Of a DNA stretch of 39,256 bases, positions 18,242 to 26,749 are shown piece by piece. Source of the DNA: Sediminibacterium sp. Its GTDB lineage: Bacteria; Bacteroidota; Bacteroidia; Chitinophagales; Chitinophagaceae. Below the pieces are notes generated by a model, which worked only from the letters and a program-made list of their open reading frames with translations, was not told the origin of the DNA and made no database searches. Position numbers and translations under genes: made by a program. The DNA lies in NCBI GenBank assembly GCA_044341525.1, contig JBIIRN010000001.1, positions 1 through 39,256 on the forward strand, given 5' to 3'. Within the stretch, counting starts at the first letter, position 1; every line of letters starts with the position of its first letter.

Positions 18242-18685
18242 ATGCTTAAAATCTTTCTTCTCCTTTTCCCCTTATTGTTTTGGCAAACCCAATTAAAATG
18301 GGAACCCGATTTGATTTCTGCACAAAAAAAGGCCGGGGAACAGCATAAAATTATTCTTCTCAATTTTTCAGGGTCTGACTGGTGTGCCCCCTGTATTCAG
18401 ATGCACAAAAATATTTTCAGTCATCCCGATTTTCTGTCTTGGTATGACCAACACCTGATTCTTGTCAATGCAGATTTTCCCCGTAATAAAAAAAATCGCC
18501 TCAGTACCGAACAGCAAAACCGAAATGATAAAATGGCTGAACAATATAATCCCCAAGGTATTTTTCCAATGACTATTTTATTGAATCCGGATGGAAGTAT
18601 TAGAAAGGTTTGGGAAGGCCAGCCCAAAGTTTCCGCTGCCGAATTCATTCGCGAAATCAACAACAGTATTTCCCAAAAAAATTAA
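18242..18685 (+). CDS. Exported thioredoxin-family protein
   Basis: Signal peptide followed by FSGSDWCAPC (CxxC) and a GIFP cis-Pro loop. Confidence 0.9.
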   Translation: MLKIFLLLFPLLFWQTQLKWEPDLISAQKKAGEQHKIILLNFSGSDWCAPCIQMHKNIFSHPDFLSWYDQHLILVNADFPRNKKNRLSTEQQNRNDKMAEQYNPQGIFPMTILLNPDGSIRKVWEGQPKVSAAEFIREINNSISQKN

Positions 18686-18695
18686 ACCTGATTTT

Positions 18696-18956
18696 ATGTT
18701 GCCAACTCAATTAATCCGGAGATCTTTAACAGGCAGCCGGCCATTGTTTTTTTGCATGCTGCTGATTGGATTTTCCCTTTGTACCCTGAATAGTTGCACG
18801 CCCGTTAAGGAATACCAGAAAAATAAACTGAATGACAGTGAGATGATTCTTACCAACAGAAAAATAGAAAAAACAGAATTGAGTTTCCTTTCTTATCGAG
18901 AGGGGGCATCCGGAGCCAATGCTGGTAAGAGCGGCGGTGGCTGTGGTTGTAATTAA
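18696..18956 (+). CDS. DUF4266-type small lipoprotein
   Basis: Lipobox-like LNSC, YREGASG and C-terminal GGGCGCN. Start chosen at ATG 18696, downstream of the thioredoxin stop. Confidence 0.82.
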   Translation: MLPTQLIRRSLTGSRPLFFCMLLIGFSLCTLNSCTPVKEYQKNKLNDSEMILTNRKIEKTELSFLSYREGASGANAGKSGGGCGCN

Positions 18957-18979
18957 AAAATTATTGAACCGGCTGGACT

Positions 18980-20179
18980 ATGAAAAAACTTACTTTAACC
19001 ACGATAGCCCTTTACCTGGGAATATTATCGCTGTTCGCACAGGCCGGACCCAAAAATGATTCTGCCTATAAAAAGAGAAAGCTAACTTTTGAAGAAGCCA
19101 ATATTGTATCCAGTTATTATCAGCAAGATGGCAATAATTCATCCATTACAGGTGGTATCGGAACTGAAAGATTAACGGATATTTCCAGCCAGTTTTCCAT
19201 CAAGTTAACCAAAGTAGATCGCAAATGGAGGAAACATACAATTGATATGGAGCTGGGTATTGATCACTATACCTCAGCTTCTTCAGACAGGATTGATCTC
19301 AAAGCAAATTCCTCTGCTTCTTACAATGACACCCGCGTTTACCCCTCTCTGAACTGGTCACGGGAAGATACCAAAAAAGGAACTACCCTTGGAGCAGGTG
19401 GATCGTTCTCTGCTGAATTTGATTACTTGTCATACGGCGGACAATTCAATACTTCTAAAAAGACGAAGGACAGAAACGGGGAATGGGGCATTAAGGTTTT
19501 TGCCTACCTCGATCAGCTCAAAATGATTTTGCCGGTTGAACTTCGATCGGGGCCATTCATACCCAGAGGTACCCAATACCCATGGACCGATCGAAATACC
19601 TTCGGTACCAGTTTGAGTTATACCCAAATAGTGAATACAAAATTACAACTGGCGCTACTGGCTGATGTAATTTTTCAACAGGGGTTTTTGGGACTCCCCT
19701 TCCATCGGGTTTATTTCAATGATAACACAGTACACATGGAAAATCTCCCCACCACCCGTTGGAAAGTTCCTGTCTCGCTGCGATTCAGTTATTTTGCCTC
19801 TGATCATCTCATACTCCGGGGATATTATCGCTATTATCAGGATGATTGGGATTTATCGGCCCATACGCTGAGTATTGAACCTGTTATCAAGCCCTCCGCC
19901 TTTTTTTCTGTGAGTCCTTTCTACCGACTTTATGTTCAGCAAGCAACCCGTTATTTTGCTCCTTACAGGGTTCATACTGCTGCCAATCAATACTATACCA
20001 GCAATTTTGATCTTTCCGGATTCACCAGTCATTTGTTTGGAACAGGAATTCGAACCGCTCCACCCGGTGGTATTCTGGGCTGGTCAAATCTGACTGCACT
20101 CGAACTTCGTTATGGTCATTATACCAGAACCAATAACCTTTACTCCAATATTATTTCCCTGAACCTCACCATCCGATGA
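18980..20179 (+). CDS. DUF3570-type outer-membrane beta-barrel protein
   Basis: Signal peptide, SYYQQDG..S.ITGGIGTE.L.D, YTSASS, EFDY.S, YRYYQDDW; follows the DUF4266 gene. Confidence 0.82.
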   Translation: MKKLTLTTIALYLGILSLFAQAGPKNDSAYKKRKLTFEEANIVSSYYQQDGNNSSITGGIGTERLTDISSQFSIKLTKVDRKWRKHTIDMELGIDHYTSASSDRIDLKANSSASYNDTRVYPSLNWSREDTKKGTTLGAGGSFSAEFDYLSYGGQFNTSKKTKDRNGEWGIKVFAYLDQLKMILPVELRSGPFIPRGTQYPWTDRNTFGTSLSYTQIVNTKLQLALLADVIFQQGFLGLPFHRVYFNDNTVHMENLPTTRWKVPVSLRFSYFASDHLILRGYYRYYQDDWDLSAHTLSIEPVIKPSAFFSVSPFYRLYVQQATRYFAPYRVHTAANQYYTSNFDLSGFTSHLFGTGIRTAPPGGILGWSNLTALELRYGHYTRTNNLYSNIISLNLTIR

Positions 20180-20182
20180 TGC

Positions 20183-20692
20183 TTAAGGACGGAGTCCAAA
20201 AAGACTAATTTGTTTTCCTTCCTCGGCATAACAGGCGCGACGAAATAAGATCATGCCCTGTAACAAAAATTGTATTGAACCAACTTCTTTAGATTGTCTG
20301 CCGTCTGAAACTTTCCACTGAACCGGTTGTCCCAACTGTAGTGCGGGACAATTACTGCCCTGTAGGTAGGAATTCAAAGAGCGAAGCTGCTCCTGCAGGA
20401 AATAAAAATGAGCCGGATCCCGTAGTTGCCAGCAAAGCTGCCCTGCGGGCGCTAATACAACCGGATCGAGTGTAACCATCCATTGATGCTGGGTGCTGCA
20501 AATCCGCTGCATCCATCGAATCAGGGTGTCTTCCATCCCCTCTCTTGCCAGAAAGGAAGCCACACAACCGGCCTGAGCGGGCAGTAATAGCCGTTCGCTC
20601 ACTTCTGCCGGCAATTGCAGGGTTAACCAATAATGCCACCAGCCCCGGCTGGTTCTTTTACTATCAATCTCGTCTGCCACTACCCCCTCCAT
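20183..20692 (-). CDS. Hypothetical protein, possibly a degenerate 2H-phosphoesterase (2'-5' RNA ligase-like)
   Basis: 169-aa ORF filling the gap, divergent from umuD. The core VASFLAREGMEDTLIRWMQRICS resembles Chitinophagaceae LigT-like proteins from memory, but no HxT/S motifs are visible. Confidence 0.5.
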   Translation of the reverse strand: MEGVVADEIDSKRTSRGWWHYWLTLQLPAEVSERLLLPAQAGCVASFLAREGMEDTLIRWMQRICSTQHQWMVTLDPVVLAPAGQLCWQLRDPAHFYFLQEQLRSLNSYLQGSNCPALQLGQPVQWKVSDGRQSKEVGSIQFLLQGMILFRRACYAEEGKQISLFGLRP

Positions 20693-20704
20693 AAAAAATG
20701 ATTA

Positions 20705-20740
20705 ATAATTATTTTAGCATAAAAATACTAATTATTTTAG
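20705..20740. promoter_or_regulatory. Tandem SOS boxes: CTAA-N5-TTAG (20728-20740) and a one-mismatch copy ATAA-N5-TTAG (20705-20717)
   Basis: TAATTATTTTAGCAT is directly repeated in the 65-bp divergent spacer upstream of umuD. It matches the CTAA-N5-TTAG motif described for non-canonical Bacteroidota LexA proteins. Confidence 0.78.
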
Positions 20741-20757
20741 CATTTCAAAATAATTCT

Positions 20758-21189
20758 ATGGTGTCGGAAAAAGGATATCAACCCGCCTACACGGGAACGA
20801 AAGATTTCACGCAGCAGGAAGTGACGACAGCAAATGCCACAGGTTTTGGGGCTGCGGCCGATGATTATATGGAGCGCGGCATTGATCTGAATGAACAACT
20901 CATCCGCAACAAACCCGCCACTTTTTTCTTTCGCATGAACAGCGAAGCCCTGCAGGAAGCCGGTATTTTTCCGGGTGATGTGCTCATTGTAGACAGAAGT
21001 ATTCCGGCCCAATCGGGAAAAGTGATTATCGCGGTAGTAAATGGAGAGATGATAGTGCGGCGACTAATGCAGCAGCGTGGCCAAACCTGGCTAACTGCTG
21101 ATAATAAAAAAATGCCGGCAATGCCCATCCTTCCCGAGCATGAACTGATTGTGTGGGGAGTAGTTGTATATGCCATTCATACATTATGA
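20758..21189 (+). CDS. umuD: UmuD-like S24-family protein with both catalytic residues substituted
   Basis: Co-linear with UmuD (ADDY.E..IDLNEQLI, GDVLIVDRS, AVVNGEM). The Ser60-equivalent is Ala and the Lys97-equivalent is Arg. Start at ATG 20758. Confidence 0.85.
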   Translation: MVSEKGYQPAYTGTKDFTQQEVTTANATGFGAAADDYMERGIDLNEQLIRNKPATFFFRMNSEALQEAGIFPGDVLIVDRSIPAQSGKVIIAVVNGEMIVRRLMQQRGQTWLTADNKKMPAMPILPEHELIVWGVVVYAIHTL

Positions 21190-21190
21190 T

Positions 21191-22468
21191 ATGCGCGCCA
21201 TTGTAGACTGTAATAGTTTTTACTGCTCCTGCGAACGGCTCTTCCGGCCGACACTCGATGACCGCCCGGTGGTGGTATTGAGCAACAACGATGGTTGTAT
21301 CATTGCGCGCAGCGATGAAGCCAAGCAATTGGGCATAGCAATGGGAGAACCTTATTTCAAGGCCCGAGACCTCATAGAAAAAAATAAAGTAGCCACTTTC
21401 TCATCCAACTACTATCTGTACGGTGATATGAGCTGGCGGGTAATGGAATGTATGCGCAGTCTATTGCCGCCGGAATGTGTGGAAGTATATTCAGTAGATG
21501 AGGCCTTCCTTGACCTAAGTCATTTACCTGCCAGCCGGGTACATGGTTTTTGTTTGGAAGTAAAACAAAGAATCGAACAATGGACAGGCATCCGCGTATC
21601 GATTGGCGCAGCCCCCACAAAGGTACTTAGCAAGGTAGCCAACCGGATCTGTAAGAAGAATAAGGTGGCCACCGGTGGCGTGCTGGTTCTCGATAGCACA
21701 GAAAAAATAACGGAGGCCCTGCGACAGACAGCAGTAGCCGATATCTGGGGCATTGGCCGGCAGTATGCAGAAAAACTTCGGTCGATGGGTATTCATACTG
21801 CGGAAGAACTGCGCGCACAAAATACCGCCTGGGCCCGACAAATACTGGGGGGAATCACCGGAGTAAGGCTGCTGCACGAACTGCAGGGTAACCCATGCAT
21901 CGGCATGCTCGAGGAACTGGTGACAAAAAAAATGATTGCCACCACACGTATGTTTGGAAAAGAAGTGAGGGAACTCAGGGCCATCCGGGAAGCTGTAGCC
22001 ACCTATACTTCCCGCGCAGCGGAAAAACTCCGCCGACAAAATGGAGCAGCCTCCTGCATCCATGTTTTTCTGATACCCAAGTCGCCGCCTGCCGGCGGAA
22101 GATTCAGGCACGGACCCGTGATGGGCAGCTATATCAACCTCACCCGTGCCACCGATGCCACCAATGACCTGATTAAACCGGCCCTTCAAATCGCAGAGGA
22201 GTTGTTCGAGGAAGGACTCATCTATAAAAAAGCCGGGGTGATGTTATCGGGAATTGTTCCCCGCGAAGCAGTACAGGGCTCCTTGTTTGAGGCAGAAGAT
22301 CCACGAAAAGCTGCCCTGATGAAAATGATCGATAACGTCAACTTTTCCATGCGCGATCACCTGCTCAACTTCGCGTCAACAGGTACTGCCGGTCATTGGA
22401 AAATGAAGCAGGAAATGAGAAGTCCACGCTACACAACGCGTTGGGATGAATTATTTCTCATCCGTTAA
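21191..22468 (+). CDS. umuC: Y-family DNA polymerase V catalytic subunit
   Basis: VDCNSFYCSCE, LSNNDGC, YSVDEAF, DIWGIGR and C-terminal WKMKQEMRSPRYTTRW. Start ATG 21191, 1 bp after the umuD stop. Confidence 0.94.
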   Translation: MRAIVDCNSFYCSCERLFRPTLDDRPVVVLSNNDGCIIARSDEAKQLGIAMGEPYFKARDLIEKNKVATFSSNYYLYGDMSWRVMECMRSLLPPECVEVYSVDEAFLDLSHLPASRVHGFCLEVKQRIEQWTGIRVSIGAAPTKVLSKVANRICKKNKVATGGVLVLDSTEKITEALRQTAVADIWGIGRQYAEKLRSMGIHTAEELRAQNTAWARQILGGITGVRLLHELQGNPCIGMLEELVTKKMIATTRMFGKEVRELRAIREAVATYTSRAAEKLRRQNGAASCIHVFLIPKSPPAGGRFRHGPVMGSYINLTRATDATNDLIKPALQIAEELFEEGLIYKKAGVMLSGIVPREAVQGSLFEAEDPRKAALMKMIDNVNFSMRDHLLNFASTGTAGHWKMKQEMRSPRYTTRWDELFLIR

Positions 22469-23013
22469 TGAACGCGACCGGGGAAACGCTCCATCAATTG
22501 GCGCATCGCAGAAGCTGCTGCTGCCGATCTATCAGAAGTTTTATCAGGAATCACACCCTGAACAGCACCGCGCCACAGAAGTTCTTTGCGAACCGCATCG
22601 ACCACGTGTACAGAAACAGTACCCTCGCGATAACGGCCCACTTCTACTGTCTCACTCTTCCAGGTATAGTTGCGCTGACCGACGTATCGGGGGGCACCAT
22701 CGGTTCTAAAATCGGTCTGACGGGTCTGAATCTCTTCCTTTACTACAATCCCGATATTAATGAGCCAGTCTGACTTTTCTGCCACCTGCTCATAACCACG
22801 CTGCTTCATTTCTGCAGCGATGGCTTGCTTGAGATCAGCTATACCGGCAGCAAATTGTGCCGTGATGGTATCACCACTGGCTGTAACCTCATAAAAGCCA
22901 AAGGTCTTTTTCTCCTGCCAGTTAACACCTGGTGCCGACTCATCGGGTAACACACGAATGGCATTACAGGAAAAAAAAGAAAAGATTAAAACCAAGAGTA
23001 GTAACCGGTACAT
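22465..23013 (-). CDS. DUF4136-type lipoprotein
   Basis: Lipoprotein signal (FSFFSC), YREGTVSVHVVD...LLWRG. Start at ATG 23013. Confidence 0.78.
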   Translation of the reverse strand: MYRLLLLVLIFSFFSCNAIRVLPDESAPGVNWQEKKTFGFYEVTASGDTITAQFAAGIADLKQAIAAEMKQRGYEQVAEKSDWLINIGIVVKEEIQTRQTDFRTDGAPRYVGQRNYTWKSETVEVGRYREGTVSVHVVDAVRKELLWRGAVQGVIPDKTSDRSAAAASAMRQLMERFPGRVH

Positions 23014-23072
23014 AACTTGTATTTTTTTTAAATGATTGGAATAGGTGTGTAATAAGGTGCCGCGGGTACGAT

Positions 23073-25301
23073 TCACTCAGTCCCCAGCTGAATAATATAT
23101 TTAGGAGGAGCACTTCGCTGGAGTTGCATATCGGGTTGGGCATTTCGGATCTTGTATCGGGTAGCCGGCAATTGTTTTTCCTGCAAATAGGCAGCTACTG
23201 CTGCATTGCGGCGCTGCATTACTTCAGACACCTGTCTGCTGAGGGTCTCTTTGCCGATGATACGCATGCATTTTTCCTCCGTAGAATGTAAATCAAGTTG
23301 CCCGGTAACCAGACTATTGACATACTTGACAAAAAGCGTATCGGTTTCAGGAAGGCTATCAAGTCGCTGCTTGATCTCGGCAGACAGAGATCCGCCCGGA
23401 GACATCTTCAAGTATTTTTTCTTGGTCTCATTGACAGCAATCACCGCAGCTTCATCTTCCAGATTGGTCTCCTGTATCAACTCCATGTTCATTTCTTGCT
23501 TTTGCTGTAAAACCTTGCAGAGATTGTCTAAAACCCTTTTCTGCTTGGCCTCAATCCCTAACTGAACATAATCGAAATAAACTTCCTTAAAATCTTCTTC
23601 TTTTCCACCAAACAAATTGGCCACCAGTCGGAAAGGAGCTGTCGCGGCTTTTACTATGATATTCTTTACAACCTGCCACACTACTTTACCCCACTTGAAT
23701 TTAGGATCATCCAAATTTCCCTTGACCGGAATATCGAGCTTGATATTTCCTTTTACATCCCGAAGCAAGGCAACTGCCAGTGGAACGGGAAGATTCATGG
23801 CAGTAGAATTCTTTACTTTTTTTCCGGTCTTCACCCGCTCAACATAGAGCAAATTTTTACTGTCGAGCTGGTTATTAATAATCGAAGTCACGTTCTCATA
23901 CCGGATCTTTCCACGCTGAAAGGGAGTTGCCACGTAATATTTAAAGTAAGGATTGAAGTCGGTGATCAACAAATCCCAAAAACCGGCATCGATGATGATG
24001 TCTCTGTAATCTTTAGGATTAACCTTCAGGGTGCCTTTTAATTTCCCTGATGTGTTTAACCGGGAGCTGATGGAAAAATTCAGAAAATCATTTTGGCTGT
24101 TGATGCGTTCACTGGTAAGTAGCACCGAATCGAGTATATAGCGAAACCGATCGCCCCGTGTATAGTCAGTAAAGATGCATTGTCCGCCCGAGATACTTAG
24201 CTTATTAACTTTATACTCATTCCTATCGTATTGTTGCACCAGGTCTTGAATATAACCAGCCATCATGAGAAACAAATTAGAGTATACGAGTGAGGAAGTA
24301 TCTCCGCGCACCTGTGAGGGGGTGGTGAAAATTCGCTCATAGTTGAACCCCTTATCATACATCGTCAAGCGAATGAAAGGTCTTTGCATATTGATATAGC
24401 CAAAATCATATCTGTTATTGCGGGTATGAATGGTATCAACCTTAACCGCTATTTGCTCAGCTGCAGTGAGTAGCTCGCCGGACTCATCAACGATGGCAAA
24501 TTTCTTGGCATCCAAATCACCCGATAAGGCAATGTCGAGCGGACGATCCGCATTGCCCTTGAGTCGGAAATGGGTACTGACTATTCCTTTGAGCGAATTC
24601 ACCTTCATATAATCCCTTAGGTAAGGGTACATCCAGGCGATATTCAGGTCTTCTACGTTTCCACTCAGGTAATAATCACTGTTACTGCTATTGAAGTTCA
24701 GCAGACAATTCCCGGTGCCCCCCGATTTTAAACGGGTTGAGATGGTCGCTTCATAAGTCGGATCATTCCAGGCGATATCCCGCAACTTTACTTCAGTTTG
24801 ATTCAATTGCACCACTACCGGTGGCTGGTTGTTTCGATAAATCAGGGTACCTCCCTTAATTTGAAGGTTCCTCAACCAATATTGTGTGGGGGGCGTGCCT
24901 TTGGGGGGCGGCGGACCAGCAGCAAAGCGCTGAACCAGGTCATCGTAATTAAAATGGTTGCCTCTTTGAACAATTTGCACCACAGGCTGGTCAATGGTAA
25001 GACGTTTAATCAGGTAATTGGAATAAAGCAGGCGCCAGAGCCCCACCCTTGCATCGATTTCCCCTACTCCTACAAATACCTGTTTTTTACTCTTTTCATG
25101 AATACGTAATCCCTTGACATTGATATCTCCATTAAATAAATTAATTCGCAGATAATCCATATTGATGAGCCGACCCGTATATTGTTCGCTGTATCTTTCT
25201 ATCAAATAGCGGGCGATAGGCGAAATGAAAATAGCCAGCAGCAGGAACAGGGCAACCAGGGAAACAAGGGTGAATAAGAAAATCTTCTTCCAATTAAACA
25301 T
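23073..25301 (-). CDS. DUF748-type (AsmA-like) envelope protein
   Basis: N-terminal TM anchor, FNYDDLV, LAVALLRD..GNIKLDIPVKGNLDDPKF, KAATAPF. Start at ATG 25301. Confidence 0.8.
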   Translation of the reverse strand: MFNWKKIFLFTLVSLVALFLLLAIFISPIARYLIERYSEQYTGRLINMDYLRINLFNGDINVKGLRIHEKSKKQVFVGVGEIDARVGLWRLLYSNYLIKRLTIDQPVVQIVQRGNHFNYDDLVQRFAAGPPPPKGTPPTQYWLRNLQIKGGTLIYRNNQPPVVVQLNQTEVKLRDIAWNDPTYEATISTRLKSGGTGNCLLNFNSSNSDYYLSGNVEDLNIAWMYPYLRDYMKVNSLKGIVSTHFRLKGNADRPLDIALSGDLDAKKFAIVDESGELLTAAEQIAVKVDTIHTRNNRYDFGYINMQRPFIRLTMYDKGFNYERIFTTPSQVRGDTSSLVYSNLFLMMAGYIQDLVQQYDRNEYKVNKLSISGGQCIFTDYTRGDRFRYILDSVLLTSERINSQNDFLNFSISSRLNTSGKLKGTLKVNPKDYRDIIIDAGFWDLLITDFNPYFKYYVATPFQRGKIRYENVTSIINNQLDSKNLLYVERVKTGKKVKNSTAMNLPVPLAVALLRDVKGNIKLDIPVKGNLDDPKFKWGKVVWQVVKNIIVKAATAPFRLVANLFGGKEEDFKEVYFDYVQLGIEAKQKRVLDNLCKVLQQKQEMNMELIQETNLEDEAAVIAVNETKKKYLKMSPGGSLSAEIKQRLDSLPETDTLFVKYVNSLVTGQLDLHSTEEKCMRIIGKETLSRQVSEVMQRRNAAVAAYLQEKQLPATRYKIRNAQPDMQLQRSAPPKYIIQLGTE

Positions 25302-25450
25302 TGTTTTTTTCCAATTTACCTGAGGTATTACAGGGATCTCACTGCCGTGCAAAATAAGAAACTTTCCCGATTGAAGAAGAAGATGGGCTTAGGGTGAGCC
25401 AACTCTGAGTCGGTGGGTAAAAATATGCGACAGATATCCCCGCATACACT

Positions 25451-25458
25451 TAAATTTG
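25451..25458 (+). promoter_or_regulatory. -7 promoter box TAAATTTG for the half-carB gene
   Basis: Exact TAnnTTTG match 15 nt before ATG 25474. Confidence 0.55.
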
Positions 25459-25473
25459 CTGAATTATTCCGGC

Positions 25474-26667
25474 ATGAAACCTTCACTTTCCTCCAACGAA
25501 TCTATTCCCTCCGCCAAGAAAAAAATCATTGTTTTGGGTAGCGGTCCCAATCGCATCGGTCAGGGTATTGAATTTGACTATTGTTGTGTTCATGGCTTAC
25601 TGGCCATCAAGGAATGTGGTTTCGAAGCCATCATGGTGAATTGCAATCCAGAAACGGTATCTACGGATTTTGATATGGCAGATAAGCTGTATTTCGAACC
25701 TGTATTCTGGGAACATTTATGGGACATTATTCAGCTCGAAAAACCAGATGGGGTAATTGTACAGTTAGGTGGACAAACCGCGTTAAAACTGGCCAAGCGA
25801 CTGCACCAAAAGGGAATACCAATCGTGGGTACCTCTTTTGATAACATGGATATTGCCGAAGACCGAGGCCGTTTCAGTGATCTGCTGAAAGAACTCAATA
25901 TTCCTTACCCTCGTTATGGTACCGCTTATACAGCAGATGAAGCAATTGAAGTGGCTAACCAGGTAGGTTATCCTGTTCTGGTAAGACCCAGTTATGTATT
26001 AGGCGGACAACGGATGCGGATCGTGATCAACGATGAAGATGTAGAAAAGGCAGTTGTTAGTTTGCTGAAACATTTACCCGGAAATAAAATTCTGATTGAC
26101 CATTTCCTGGATCGCTGTCAGGAAGCGGAAGTAGATGCCATCTTCGATGGGGAAACCTTCCATATCATGGGTGTGATGGAACATATTGAGCCAGCAGGAA
26201 TACATAGCGGCGACAGCAATGCTGTACTTCCCGCTTTTAACCTCACTCCCATGGTGGTGGAAACCATGGAACATTATGCAGAAAAAATTGCGCGCGCACT
26301 TGATATAAAGGGACTAATCAATATCCAGTTTGCCATCAAAGACAACAATGTTTTTGTAATCGAAGCCAATCCCCGCGCTTCCAGAACCACCCCCTTCATT
26401 GCCAAAGCGTATCAGATTCCTTATCTCAATATTGCCACCAAAGTGATGTTGGGTGAGGCAAAACTGAAAGATTTTCATTTAGAAAAAAAGCTCGATGGAT
26501 ATGCCATCAAAGAACCGGTTTTCAGTTTCAATAAATTCCCGGGCGTGAATAAAGAGTTGGGGCCTGAAATGAAAAGTACCGGAGAATCTATCCGATTCAT
26601 CAAAGATCTCCGCGATCCCTATTTCCGCACCTTGTATAAGGAAAGAAGCATGAACCTTAGCAGGTAA
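25474..26667 (+). CDS. carB: Carbamoyl-phosphate synthase large subunit, C-terminal (second ATP-grasp) half only
   Basis: Begins at SNESIPSAKKKIIVLGSGPNRIGQGIEFDY and has VRPSYVLGG, GIHSGDS, EANPRASRT, GPEMKSTGE. About 397 aa; no first ATP-grasp half upstream and no MGS domain. Confidence 0.9.
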   Translation: MKPSLSSNESIPSAKKKIIVLGSGPNRIGQGIEFDYCCVHGLLAIKECGFEAIMVNCNPETVSTDFDMADKLYFEPVFWEHLWDIIQLEKPDGVIVQLGGQTALKLAKRLHQKGIPIVGTSFDNMDIAEDRGRFSDLLKELNIPYPRYGTAYTADEAIEVANQVGYPVLVRPSYVLGGQRMRIVINDEDVEKAVVSLLKHLPGNKILIDHFLDRCQEAEVDAIFDGETFHIMGVMEHIEPAGIHSGDSNAVLPAFNLTPMVVETMEHYAEKIARALDIKGLINIQFAIKDNNVFVIEANPRASRTTPFIAKAYQIPYLNIATKVMLGEAKLKDFHLEKKLDGYAIKEPVFSFNKFPGVNKELGPEMKSTGESIRFIKDLRDPYFRTLYKERSMNLSR

Positions 26668-26683
26668 TTATACCTGATTTTTT

Positions 26684-26708
26684 ATCCGTCTTTTAACGGA
26701 TTTTTTTT
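26684..26708 (+). terminator. Probable intrinsic terminator after carB
   Basis: ATCCGT-ctttta-ACGGAT stem-loop followed by a T run; a second palindrome CAGGTA-atta-TACCTG spans the stop codon (26661-26676). Confidence 0.55.
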
Positions 26709-26749
26709 CGGTTGTTTCCCCATCCCTTATTTCGCCTAAGTTTCGGGCG

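Noticed and set aside
21524-22189. 221-aa antisense ORF in umuC, and similar nested or shadow ORFs at 28135-28725, 35437-36120 and 36837-37409
   Set aside because: All are nested in well-supported genes and have no recognisable motifs.
18242-25301. Possible genomic island carrying umuDC and DUF genes
   Set aside because: No integrase, transposase, flanking direct repeats or compositional shift visible by eye.
25424-25446. TATGCG...CGCATA hairpin upstream of the half-carB gene as a pyrimidine attenuator or element scar
   Set aside because: Only a 6-bp stem, located upstream of the -7 box, with no PyrR-type motif or U tract.
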